From: Macrostomum lignano
Lineage: Eukaryota
Reading direction: 5' to 3'
DNA: 35,122 nucleotides
Assembly (NCBI GenBank): GCA_002269645.1
Contig: NIVC01004780.1
Span: forward strand, 1-35,122
The notes under the pieces are model-generated. The model saw only the letters and a program-made list of their open reading frames with translations, was not told the origin of the DNA and did no database searches. The stretch's first letter is position 1, and each line of letters starts with the position of its first letter. Position numbers and translations under genes: made by a program. Shown piece after piece: positions 1 through 10,439 of the stretch.

Positions 1-440
1 GAGATTACAGGGAGACATGAGAGATTAGAGGGAGACATGAGAGATTAGAGGAGACATGAGATATTCAGGGGAGACATGAGATATTACAGGGAGACATGAG
101 AGATTAGAGGGACACAAGAGATTAGAGGGAGACATGGGAGATTAGAGGGAGACATGGGAGATTAGAGGGACACATGAGAGATTAGATAGAGACATGGGAG
201 ATTAGAGGGACACATGGGAGATTAGAGGGACACATGAGAGATTAGATAGAGACATGGAGATTAGAGGGACATGGGAGATTAGAGGGACACATATGAGATT
301 AGAGACATGAGAGATTAGAGGGAGACATGAGAGATTACAGGGAGACATGAGAATATTACAGGGAGACATGAGATATTACAGGGAGACATGAGAGATTAGA
401 GGACACATGGTAGATTAGAGGGAGACATGAGAGATTAGAT
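1..440. repeat. Degenerate ~20-bp minisatellite (gagattagagggagacatga)n
   Basis: Direct reading of tandem units; runs off the left edge. Confidence 0.95.
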
Positions 441-520
441 ACAGATAGTAGAGATCGGATAGCTACAAATCGCGCTCCTGATTGTACATATTGAATCGTC
501 GCAATTCGCAAAGCGGTCAC

Positions 521-591
521 CTGACTGGCTGGCAGCATGTTCCGCAGGTAGGCTAGCGAGTTTCGATGCTGCCTGTCAACGCCTTCGATGG
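521..591 (-). CDS. SLC22: Probable SLC22 exon 4 (TIEGVDRQHRNSLAYLRNMLPASQ)
   Basis: ttttcatttcag acceptor. Phase joins exon 3 (A+CC = Thr), and E..V...HR matches the post-TM4 E-x-V-x-x-x-x-R pattern. The donor CAG|gtgacc is less certain. Confidence 0.65.
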
Positions 592-727
592 CTGAAATGA
601 AAATCATTAAAATGGACTGTAAAAAATTTTAAGTGAAAGAACGAGTAGAAGTTATACGAGTATACTGTGGATAAAATTAGTATTTGAGAATTTTAATGAT
701 AAGAGAGATTGGGAATAGTTCGGAGAA

Positions 728-1014
728 AGATAGATCAGATATAGATCAGATATAGATCAGATATAGATCAGATATAGATTAGATATAGTTCAGATATAGA
801 TCAGATATAGATCAGATATAGATTAGATATAGTTCAGATATAGATCAGATATAGATCAGATATAGATTAGATATAGTTCAGATATAGATCAGATATAGAT
901 CAGATATAAAACCAGATATAGATCAGATATAGATCAGATATAGATTAGATATAGATCAGATATAGATCAGATATAGATCAGATATAGATTAGATATCGAT
1001 CAGATATAGACCAG
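728..1014. repeat. 11-bp minisatellite (tagatcagata)n in SLC22 intron 3
   Basis: About 25 tandem units. Confidence 0.95.
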
Positions 1015-1137
1015 ATGTAACCAAAAATCCAGGACAAACAAATAGGAACTAGAACCGACAACTGATGTTTAACTGGTTCATAAAGTTATCTCTTCTGACT
1101 ATATTTCCCTGCCCAGAATACCTAGCGGGTCACTCAC

Positions 1138-1292
1138 TCAGACACAGCGCGACAACCAACAATCCTTTGACAAGGAAGGTGCGGACAAACAGCACTGCGG
1201 CAAACATGTGCACGCTGACTGAGAACGATGCTGTCACACTGACCAGCAGCATCAGGGTTGAACCGGCTATGAAGGCTGTGCGACGGCCGAAC
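1138..1292 (-). CDS. SLC22: SLC22 exon 3 (RFGRRTAFIAGSTLMLL...VALCL)
   Basis: cag|G acceptor and A|gtgagt donor, 155 nt. Completes the MFS motif A (D-R-F-G-R-R). Confidence 0.92.
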
Positions 1293-1304
1293 CTGGGCTT
1301 AGCG

Positions 1305-1348
1305 TTGGTTGATTGGATGATTGATTGATTGATTGATTGACTAGTTGG

Positions 1349-1405
<57 letters not shown>

Positions 1406-1545
1406 GTTTTGATTGATTGGTTGATTGATTGGTTGATTGACTGATTGATTGGTGTGTTGATTAATTGATTGGTTGATTGACTGATTGATTGATTGACTGC
1501 TTGATTGGTGGGTTGATTTGTTAATTTGTTGATTGATTGATTTGG
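1305..1545. repeat. (gatt)n microsatellite in SLC22 intron 2
   Basis: Fills most of the intron and abuts the exon-3 acceptor. Confidence 0.95.
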
Positions 1546-1662
1546 ATGTCAGGGTGCCACAACTTTGAAGAATATTTTGTGCTAAGTTTGCGACTTAATT
1601 TCATCCTGCTTTTGTCAATAACAAGTCAGTAAACACGGGATGCATATGACAATTAAGCAGAC

Positions 1663-1766
1663 CTATCCGACAATTGGCCGAAAGCGATGCCGCCAATGAA
1701 TGGGCCAACAAAGGTCAGACTCTTGACAACGGTGGCCACTATGGACTGCTCGCAGACCAGATCGAA
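1663..1766 (-). CDS. SLC22: SLC22 exon 2 (FDLVCEQSIVATVVKSLTFVGPFIGGIAFGQLSDR)
   Basis: cag|TTC acceptor and AG|gtctgc donor, 104 nt. Contains the WDLVC-like motif and G..G.LSDR, in frame with exons 1 and 3. Confidence 0.92.
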
Positions 1767-1819
1767 CTGCGGGTCGTGGTAGCGAATCTATTAAATATTG
1801 CGGGGGCTTCTGCTGCCTT

Positions 1820-2485
1820 GGGGAATTTCTCCATCCATCCAGAGCTTGGGGGAATTTCTCGTCTCCAATAGGGAGCATCTCACTATCTAGAGCTTGGGGG
1901 AATTTCTCGTCTCCAATAGGGAGCATCTCACTATCTAGAGCTTGGGGGAATTTCTCGTCTCCAATAGAGAGCATCTTACTATCTAGAGCTTGGGGAATTT
2001 CTCGTCTCCAATAGAGAGCATCTCACTATCCAGAGCTTGGGGGAATTTCTCGTCTCCAATAGAGAGCATCTCACTATCTAGAGCTTGGGGGAATTTCTCG
2101 TCTCCAATAGGAAGCATCTCACTATCTAGAGCTTGGGGGAATTTCTCGTCTCCAATAGAGAGCATCTCACTATCTAGAGATGGGGGGGTTTCTAGTCTCC
2201 AATAGGGAGCATCTCACTATCTAGAGCTTGGGGGAATTTCTCGTCTCCAATAGGGAGCATCTCACTATCTAGAGCTTGGGGGAATTTCTCGTCTCCAATA
2301 GAGAGCATCTCACTATCTAGAGATGGGGGTTTCTCGTCTCCAATAGGGAGCATCTCACAATCTGGAGCTTGGGGGAATTTCTCGTCTCCAATAGGCCGGG
2401 AGCATCTCACAATCTGGAGCTTGGGGGAATTTCTCGTCTCCAATAGGCCGGGAGCATCTCACAATCTGGAGCTTGGGGGAATTTC
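1820..2485. repeat. 48-bp minisatellite in SLC22 intron 1
   Basis: gagcttgggggaatttctcgtctccaatagggagcatctcactatcta, about 13 copies. Confidence 0.95.
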
Positions 2486-2515
2486 TTCTCTTGTATTAGA
2501 GAACTTCTTAGGTTT

Positions 2516-2832
2516 GTAGAATTAATCACCTCAAAGGAAGAGTATAGAGAATTAATCACCTCAAAGGAAGAGTACAGAGAATTAATCACGTCAAAGGAAG
2601 AGTATAGAGAATTAATCACCTCAAAGGAAGAGTACAGAGAATTAATCACCTCAAAGGAAGAGTACAGAGAATTAATCACCTCAAAGGAAGAGTACAGAGA
2701 ATTAATCACCTCAAAGGAAGAGTACAGAGAATTAATCACCTCAAAGGAAGAGTACAGAGAATTAATCACCTCAAAGGAAGAGTACAGAGAATTAATCACC
2801 TCAAAGGAAGAGTACAGAGAATTAATCGCCTC
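2516..2832. repeat. 30-bp minisatellite in SLC22 intron 1
   Basis: aattaatcacctcaaaggaagagtacagag, about 10 near-perfect copies. Confidence 0.95.
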
Positions 2833-2909
2833 AAAAATAGTTAATACGGATACTTTCGAGTTTTAAAAGTTCCACTCAAAGCAAACATTAACCCGGCCTA
2901 TATAGCCAC

Positions 2910-3305
2910 CTCGGTCACCACCGTGGCGCCGAACTCATTGCCAAAGCGACGTCCATCGAGGCAGTCTTCGACGCCGAGCGCCCGGCAGGCGTAGGTCAGT
3001 CCGGCACCACCGTCCGCCGGCTGCAGGCAGGCCTCCGACAAGTTCAACACCAGCCTGCTGCACGCACTGCCGGGCTCCAGAGCAGCGGACTCCAGCTCAG
3101 CTTGAGTAGTGTAATTCGGTGACTGACGCAGGTAGTTCACAGTGTCATTGTCCAGCAGGCAGCGGTGGCCGGGCGTGCTGACCAGGAAGAACAAGTCCAA
3201 CTGGTTCATGCCGATGAACATAATCGGCACTACGACCAGGCCGAACTGAATTCTTTGAAATCGGCCGAAACCGCCGATTTTCGCTAGCAGCTCGTCGAAC
3301 TTCAT
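2910..3305 (-). CDS. SLC22: SLC22 organic cation/anion transporter, coding exon 1 (TM1 plus Cys-containing extracellular loop)
   Basis: MKFDELLAKIGGFGRFQ is the typical SLC22 N-terminus, followed by HRC and ..TVVTE. ATG at 3305-3303, donor GAG|gtggct at 2909, phase 0. Confidence 0.93.
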
Positions 3306-3630
3306 TTGCCTGCACCGTCGGGTTGCTGAGGGCTTTCGCTCCTGCTGCGGTCTGCGAGAACTTTAATTAAAACTAGTGCTTAAAATTTAAGACACTTGCA
3401 GATCTTTTCGTCCCTTGTGAACAAATTTATCGGCGCCTTATCGCTAGAAAAATTTAATAAGTAATTTTTGTGCAAATCTCTAAAGTTCACTGAGAGCACA
3501 GTTTTGGCCTTCTTGTTTGTGTACAGAGAACACATTTGCGGGGCATTGAGATTCTTGCTCACGCTGCCGTAACCAGATCAATTTCAGAAATTCAGAAATC
3601 AATTTTGAGCGTCAGACTGTTTATTCTCTT

Positions 3631-4345
3631 CACCCCAGCCCCTTCCCCCAGCCCCTTCACCCCAGCCCCTTCACCCCAGCCCCTTCCCCCCAGCCCCTTC
3701 ACCCCAGCCCCTTCACCCCAGCCCCTTCACCCCAGCCCCTTCCCCCCAGCCCCTTCCCCCAGCCCCTTCACCCCAGCCCCTTCACCCCAGCCCTTAACCC
3801 GAGCCCCTTCACCCCAGCCCCTTCACCCCAGCCCCACCCCAGCCCCTTCCCCCCAGCCCCTTCACCCCAGCCCCTTCACCCCAGCCCCTTAACCCGAGCC
3901 CCTTCACCCCAGCCCCTTCACCCCAGCCCCTTCACCCGAGCCCCTTCACCCCAGCCCCTTCACCCAGCCTCTTCACCCCAGCCCCTTCACCCCAGCTCCT
4001 TCACTCCAGCTCCTTCACCCCAGCCCCATCATCCCAGCCCCTTCACCCCCAAGCCCTTCAACCCAGCCCCAAGTCACTTAAGCCCCCTCACCCCAGCCCC
4101 TTCACCCCAGCCCCTCACCCCAGCCCCTTCACCCCAGCCTCTTCACCCGAGCCCCTTCACCCCAGCCCCTTCACCCAGCCCCTCACCCCAGCCCCTTCAC
4201 CCCCAAGCCCTTCAACCCAGCCCCAAGTCACTTAAGCCCCTCACCCCAGCCCCTTCACCCCAGCCCCCTCACCCCAGCCCCTTCACCCCAGCCTCTTCAC
4301 CCGAGCCCCTTCACCCCAGCCCCTTCACCCCAGCCCCACTCACCG
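3631..4345. repeat. 14-bp C-rich minisatellite (ccccagccccttca)n, G4-prone on the minus strand
   Basis: About 50 units, with an internal higher-order duplication (ccccaagtcacttaag occurs twice). Confidence 0.95.
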
Positions 4346-5121
4346 CAACCTTATAATTTTCTATATTTAAAAACTAAGAGTAATACAAAATGTTCTACTT
4401 GAAGCAAATTTCTTTGGAGAAGTCACTAGTACGAGTCTCGTCGATAATTATATTTATATCGAATTTAATACAGACAATAAAAATTCAAATAAATACGGTT
4501 AAGAAAACTTTAATTCAGTAAAAAACTTAATCTTTTGACTAAATAGTACGAAAAAGAGCATATTTTTGGTTCTGCGTTAAATAAATGGGCAGGGAGAGTT
4601 AAAAAAGAAAAGCCAGAGAGAATTCACATAGCTAATCGGAGTCGATATTTGTTGTTATGCTTAAATATGAAATATTACTGCCAGATATCATTCAGAAAGC
4701 GTATTTACTCAATGAAACATCTTCGTGCTATTGTTCTGTGCGCATAAAACGTAGATAAAGTAAAATACCAGGATTAAGTGATTAAAAGTACAAAGGAACG
4801 CTGGGGCACCGCACACCACGAGTTGAAATAAGCGATGAAAACTTTGCTGAAAAATAAAGCAAAAATACACTAATTGATCGAAACTGACTACTTAAGCAGC
4901 GAGTCAGTTGATTAGTAGTACGAATCGCTTGTTCTAGAAATGAAAAACTGTTTAACCTAAAACTGTTAGAATTATTAAAATTTTTGGCAAAGATGACTGA
5001 CAATTGGAAATAAAATCTAGAAAAAAAGTTAACAGATCACTAACAGTAGGATTATTAATTTTCAACAGTCATTGACAAAGCAGTTTGTTATTTCAATAGC
5101 ATTCGAGCTGCAAGAGAAAAT

Positions 5122-5346
5122 TCAGGTGGATTGCATTCTGTCCAACTCTTTCTGCTCTTTGCTTTTATTTCGCTCCTCGAACTTCACCCGGTTTTTGATG
5201 ATCCGCTCGATCACGCTATAGGCGGTCATGTCGTTGCCGCTGTCCACTTCGCGGTACAGCCCGAGCCGCTTCGCCTCGGAGTAGGGGTCGCTGCCGTCTG
5301 GGCACGGCTTCACGGGCGTGCGGACTCCATGGATCACGTAGTCCAC
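5122..5346 (-). CDS. PCYT2: PCYT2 exon 10, last (VDYVIHG...DGSDPY...RMQST stop)
   Basis: cag|GTG acceptor and TGA at 5124-5122. The ten exons sum to 1098 nt, giving 365 aa plus stop, all in frame. Confidence 0.96.
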   Translation of the reverse strand: MDYVIHGVRTPVKPCPDGSDPYSEAKRLGLYREVDSGNDMTAYSVIERIIKNRVKFEERNKSKEQKELDRMQST

Positions 5347-5355
5347 CTGCGGCGG

Positions 5356-6020
5356 GTGAGATTGTGTTAGACACTTGCTAGACAGGACATGTCTCAGTGT
5401 GAGATTATGTTGGACACTTGCTAGACAGGACATGTCTCAGTGTGAGATTATGTTGGACACTTGCTAGACAGGACATGTCTCAGTGTGAGATTGTGTTGGA
5501 CACTTGCTAGATAGGACATGTCTCAGTGTGAGATTGTGTTAGACACTTGTTAGATAGGACATGTCTCAGTGTGAGATTGTGTTAGACACTTGCTAGATAG
5601 GACATGTTTCACAGAGAGATTATGTTAGACACTTGCTAGATAGGACATGTCTCAGTGTGAGATTATGTTGGACACTTGCTAGATAGGACATGTCTCAGTG
5701 TGAGATTATGTTGGACACTTGCTAGATAGGACATGTCTCAGTGTGAGATGACACTTGTTAGATAGGACATGTCTCAGTGTGAGATTATGTTGGACACTTG
5801 CTAGATAGGACATGTCTCAGTGTGAGATTATGTTGGACACTTGCTAGACAGGACATTTCTCAGGGTGAGATTATGTTAGACACTTGCTAGATAGGACATG
5901 TCTCAGTGTGAGATTGTGTTAGACACTTGCTAGACAGGACATTTCTCAGGGTGAGATTATGTTAGACACTTGCTAGATAGGACATGTCTCAGTGTGAGAT
6001 TGTGTTAGACACTTGTCAGA
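5356..6020. repeat. 43-bp minisatellite in PCYT2 intron 9, containing the branch-point region
   Basis: gtgagatt(g/a)tgtt(a/g)gacacttgctagacaggacatgtctcagt, about 15 copies. Confidence 0.95.
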
Positions 6021-6169
6021 TAAATGATTACAGCAATCCACGGTTTAAAAAAAAACAAAAAAATATTTTCTAAGGTGTCAGGTGATCTGTTGAGAACTTT
6101 TTAGTGCACATGAGCTTCGACAATAACTCAAGATAAAAACAGAAACGGGAAATTTGCGCTGCTGCATAC

Positions 6170-6235
6170 CTTCAGGTGTTTCATGAGCTGCTCGCTAATC
6201 TTGAAGGGGGCATCGATGACCACATTGGACACGTA
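6170..6235 (-). CDS. PCYT2: PCYT2 exon 9 (YVSNVVIDAPFKISEQLMKHLK)
   Basis: cag|TAC and AAG|gtatgc boundaries. Contains the YV..VVI.AP motif. Confidence 0.95.
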
Positions 6236-6365
6236 CTGCGGGGCCAAGCGAGTTTTTGAAAGGTAAACCGCTCAGATAAAATGCTGTGTAAAAATTCTAT
6301 GTAGAGATAAGAGGCCTATTAAAATGTCAAGCCTAAATTTAACTAAAGGCCAAAAGGCAGTAGCT

Positions 6366-6705
6366 GAACTAATGACTGGGGCAGTGGCTGAGCAAAGGAC
6401 TGGAGGAGTGGCTGAGCAAAGGACTGGGGCAGTGGCTGAGCAAAGGACTGGGGCAGTGGCTGAGCAAAGGACTGGGGGAGTGGCTGAGCAAAGGACTGGG
6501 GCAGTGGCTGAGCAAAGGACTGGGGCAGTGGCTGAGCAAAGGACTGGGGGAGTGGCTGAGCAAAGGACTGGGGCAGTGGCTGAGCAAAGGACTGGGGGAG
6601 TGGCTGAGCAAAGGACTGGGGCAGTGGCTGAGCAAAGGAATGGGGGGCAGTGGCTGAGCAAAGGACTGGGGGAGTGGCTGGGGCAGTGGCTGAGCGAAAG
6701 ACTGG
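6366..6705. repeat. 24-bp minisatellite in PCYT2 intron 8
   Basis: ggactggggcagtggctgagcaaa, about 13 copies. Confidence 0.95.
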
Positions 6706-6724
6706 GGGCTCATAAAGGACTCAC

Positions 6725-6879
6725 TCTGCAGGCGAGGACGGAGAGCACTCTCTCGAACATGGTCATGATTGGGTAGTTGTAGCCCCTGTACCAGTTCACT
6801 ATTTGATCCGAGTGAATGCCAATAATCACGTAAGTGGCCATTGAGTAGCACTTTTCCAGAAAGTCGATGTGGCCAACAT
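6725..6879 (-). CDS. PCYT2: PCYT2 exon 8 (HVGHIDFLEK...ERVLSVLACR)
   Basis: cag|AT and AGA|gtgagt boundaries. Contains HVGH and NYPIM...ER.LSVLACR. Confidence 0.96.
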
Positions 6880-7074
6880 CTGCAATATAATTGAATGAAC
6901 CAAATAAGATTACTCGCTGAGCACAGACTGAGCACAGACAAACACGCCAATACTGTACGCAGGCACGCACTCATACACACGCTTATACAAGGTGTACAAC
7001 GGTCCATCGTCAGCACGTACACTCTCTGTGCCTTTGGGGGTTAGCCTTCATGGCTGTATATCGCACGACAACTC

Positions 7075-8190
7075 GCCGCCCCCACCCCACATCAGACGCA
7101 ACTCACGGAATAGATCAAAGGCGCCGCCCCCCCCTACCCACAGCGGACGCAACTCACGGAATAGATCAAAGGCACCGCCCACCCACTCCACATCAGACGC
7201 AACTCACGGAATAGATCAAAGGCACCGCCCACCCAATCCACATCAGACGCAACTCACGGAATAGATCAAAGGCACCGCCCACCCACTCCACATCAGACGC
7301 AACTCACGGAATAGATCAAAGGCGCCGCCCCCCCCGTACCCACAGCAGACGCAACTCACGGAATAGATCAAAGGCATCGCCCACCCACTCCACAGCAGAC
7401 GCAACTCACGGAATAGATCAAAGGCGCCGCCCACCCACTCCACATCAGACGCAACTCACGGAATAGATCAAAGGCGCCGCCCACCCACTCCACATCAGAC
7501 GCAACTCACGGAATAGATCAAAGGCGCCGCCCACCCACTCCACATCAGACGCAACTCACGGAATAGATCAAAAGCGCCGCCCCCCCCCCTACCCACAGCG
7601 GACGCAACTCACGGAATAGATCAAAGGCATCGCCCACCCACTCCACAGCAGACGCAACTCACGGAATAGATCAAAGGCGCCGCCCCCCCGTACCCACAGC
7701 AGACGCAACTCACGGAGTAGATCAAAAGCGCCGCCCCCCTACCCACATCAGACGCAACTCACGGAATAGATCAAAGGCGCCGCCCCCCCCCGTACCCACA
7801 GCAGACGCAACTCACGGAATAGATCAAAAGCGCCGCCCCCCCCGTACCCACAGCAGACGCAACTCACGGAATATATCAAAAGCGCCGCCCCCCCCTACCC
7901 ACAGCAGACGCAACTCACGGAATAGATCAAAAGCGCCGCCCCCCTACCCACAGCAGACGCAACTCACGGAATAGATCAAAGGCGCCGCCCCCCCCGTACC
8001 CACATCAGACGCAACTCACGGAATAGATCAAAGGCGCCGCTCCCCCGTACCCACAGCAGACGCAACTCACGGAATAGATCAAAAGCGCCGCCCTCCCTAC
8101 CCACAGCAGACGCAACTCACGGAATAGATCAAAAGCGCCGCCCCTCTACCCACAGCAGACGCAACTCACGGAATAGATCAAAGGCGCCGC
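7075..8190 (-). repeat. ~50-bp minisatellite made of the PCYT2 exon-7 end plus its 5' splice site
   Basis: Sense-strand unit gcggcgcctttgatctattcc|gtgagttgcgtctg(c/a)tgtgg... I counted 22 gtgagttgc donors, including the genuine one at 8169. Confidence 0.97.
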
Positions 8191-8308
8191 ACACGAAGGC
8201 AATTTTCTCGCCAGGCTCAGGCGCCCGGCCAGTGGAGAACTCCTTCAGTTGCTGAGTGGTTGGCACGAACTGACAGGTAGCGGTGTAGGGACTGCGCGAT
8301 GTTGCCGC
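8170..8308 (-). CDS. PCYT2: PCYT2 exon 7 (AATSRSPYTATCQFVPTT...VCGAFDLF)
   Basis: ttttttacag acceptor and TTC C|gtgagt donor. C+AT forms the His of the second HxGH motif. Confidence 0.95.
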
Positions 8309-8935
8309 CTGTAAAAAACGGGACACGCAGTTAATGTAAATTGGCGATAAAGACTGTCGGTATAAATAATTCTAGAATAAAAAATAGAATTTAATTAAAT
8401 TATTTACAAACAGACTGCCGAATCGAAAATAGAAATCGGAAATCACCAACAACTGTTGAGGGAGCGAACGAAAAACGTTTGAACAGTAATTTTGAATTTT
8501 CATTAATTAGTTTCCATAAGCTGTTTGTTAATACATCTTTTAGTTTCGTATATACTCGTATCAAAACGATTTTTTTCGCGAAAAATTCTAGACATACGAA
8601 ACAATAACAATGTTAAATTATAATATGTTCGTAGCTTTCCGAATAAACTGGTCGAAAACTCCGAAACCTATGCTATGAAGTTAAACAATAATTCAGTTTT
8701 AAAAAGGCATATTGCTTTGAATAACAATTAGCAAACTTTCGTCGTTTTTTATATAAACGCTCTAAAGATGGACTAACGAAAACAGTTGAAATCAAGTAGC
8801 CCAAGTTACATGGTCTCCAGATTGAGTCTAAAAATATTGAAAACAACACACAAATTACTAAATAGCCTAAAACTGCTCATTTTGTAGTTGTGAGCTATTC
8901 TAACGTTTATGGTCCTAGTGTTAGACATTAAGTGA

Positions 8936-9890
8936 CGCCGTGTGATCGGTATTGTCTGCCGTGTGATCGACATTGTCTGCTGTGTGATCGACATTGTCTG
9001 CCGTGTGATCGACATTGTCTGCCGTGTGATCGACATTGTCTGCTGTGTGATCGACATTGTCTGCTGTGTGATCGACATTGTCTGCCGTGTGATCGGGATT
9101 GTCTGCCGTGTGATCGACATTGTCTGCCGTGTGATCGACATTGTCTGCCGTGTGATCGACATTGTCTGCTGTGTGATCGACATTGTCTGCTGTGTGATCG
9201 ACATTGTCTGCCGTGTGATCGACATTGTCTGCTGTGTGATCGACATTGTCTGCTGTGTGATCGACATTGTCTGCCGTGTGATCGGGATTGTCTGCCGTGT
9301 GATCGACATTGTCTGCCGTGTGATCGACATTGTCTGCCGTGTGATCGACATTGTCTGCTGTGTGATCGACATTGTCTGCTGTGTGATCGACATTGTCTGC
9401 CGTGTGATCAGGATTGTCTGCCGTGCGATCGACATTGTCTGCCGTGTGATCGACATTGTCTGCTGTGTGATCGACATTGTCTGCTGTGTGATCGACATTG
9501 TCTGCCGTGTGATCGACATTGTCTGCTGTGTGATCGACATTGTCTGCTGTGTGATCGACATTGTCTGCTGTGTGATCGGGATTGTCTGCTGTGTGATCGG
9601 GATTGTCTGCTGTGTGATCGACATTGTCTGCCATGTGATCGACATTGTCTGCCGTGTGATCGACATTGTCTGCCGTGTGATCGACATTGTCTGCTGTGTG
9701 ATCGACATTGTCTGCTGTGTGATCGGGATTGTCTGCTGTGTGATCGGGATTGTCTGCTGTGTGATCGACATTGTCTGCCGTGTGATCGACATTGTCTGCC
9801 GTGTGATCGACATTGTCTGCTGTGTGATCGACATTGTCTGCCGTTTGATCGGGATTGTCTGCCGTGTGATCGGGATTGTCTGCTGTCTGA
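8936..9890. repeat. 21-bp minisatellite in PCYT2 intron 6
   Basis: gtgtgatcgacattgtctgc(c/t), about 45 copies. Confidence 0.97.
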
Positions 9891-10030
9891 GTGGGACTGT
9901 GTCACGTGATCAGAATCGCAGGTCAAGCAATCCGGATTGTTTGCCCACCTGATTAAGGCACTACCGAATGGAACGATGCAATTTAGACTAATTTCTAAAC
10001 TCCTGGTCAGTCGATAAGAGGCCTGAATCA

Positions 10031-10231
<201 letters not shown>

Positions 10232-10439
10232 TCACTTTGGTGTAAGCACACTCTTACAGTTCGAGTTGGCCCTCATGAACGAGCTCCGGATTAATCCGGC
10301 CTCTCAAGGAGTCGAACAGGGGGTCATTTGGCCTTTACATATTGAGCTAAAGGGCCTCAACAAGCAAACTTGAATCGTAAAAATTATGGCAAAAATACCT
10401 GACTCACATTAACGAATTCGCAATTAAATTAGACTCGAA

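Noticed and set aside
1663-2799. ORFs over the 48-bp and 30-bp arrays
   Set aside because: Unit lengths are multiples of 3 and lie inside SLC22 intron 1.
5108-5121. Acceptor-like attttctcttgcag directly after the PCYT2 stop
   Set aside because: Using it would drop the conserved last exon and give only LECY stop. It is probably chance pyrimidine-rich UTR sequence.
7075-8169. Schistosome-style micro-exon gene (units with tag...gt)
   Set aside because: Implied introns are about 24 nt, there is no pyrimidine tract, and the micro-exon lengths I checked (23-26 nt) mostly break frame or contain TGA.
7075-8190. CRISPR-like look: a constant ~35-nt block with variable linkers
   Set aside because: The linkers are variants of one C-rich sequence, not unique spacers. 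The constant block is host exon and intron sequence, and there are no cas genes in this eukaryotic context.
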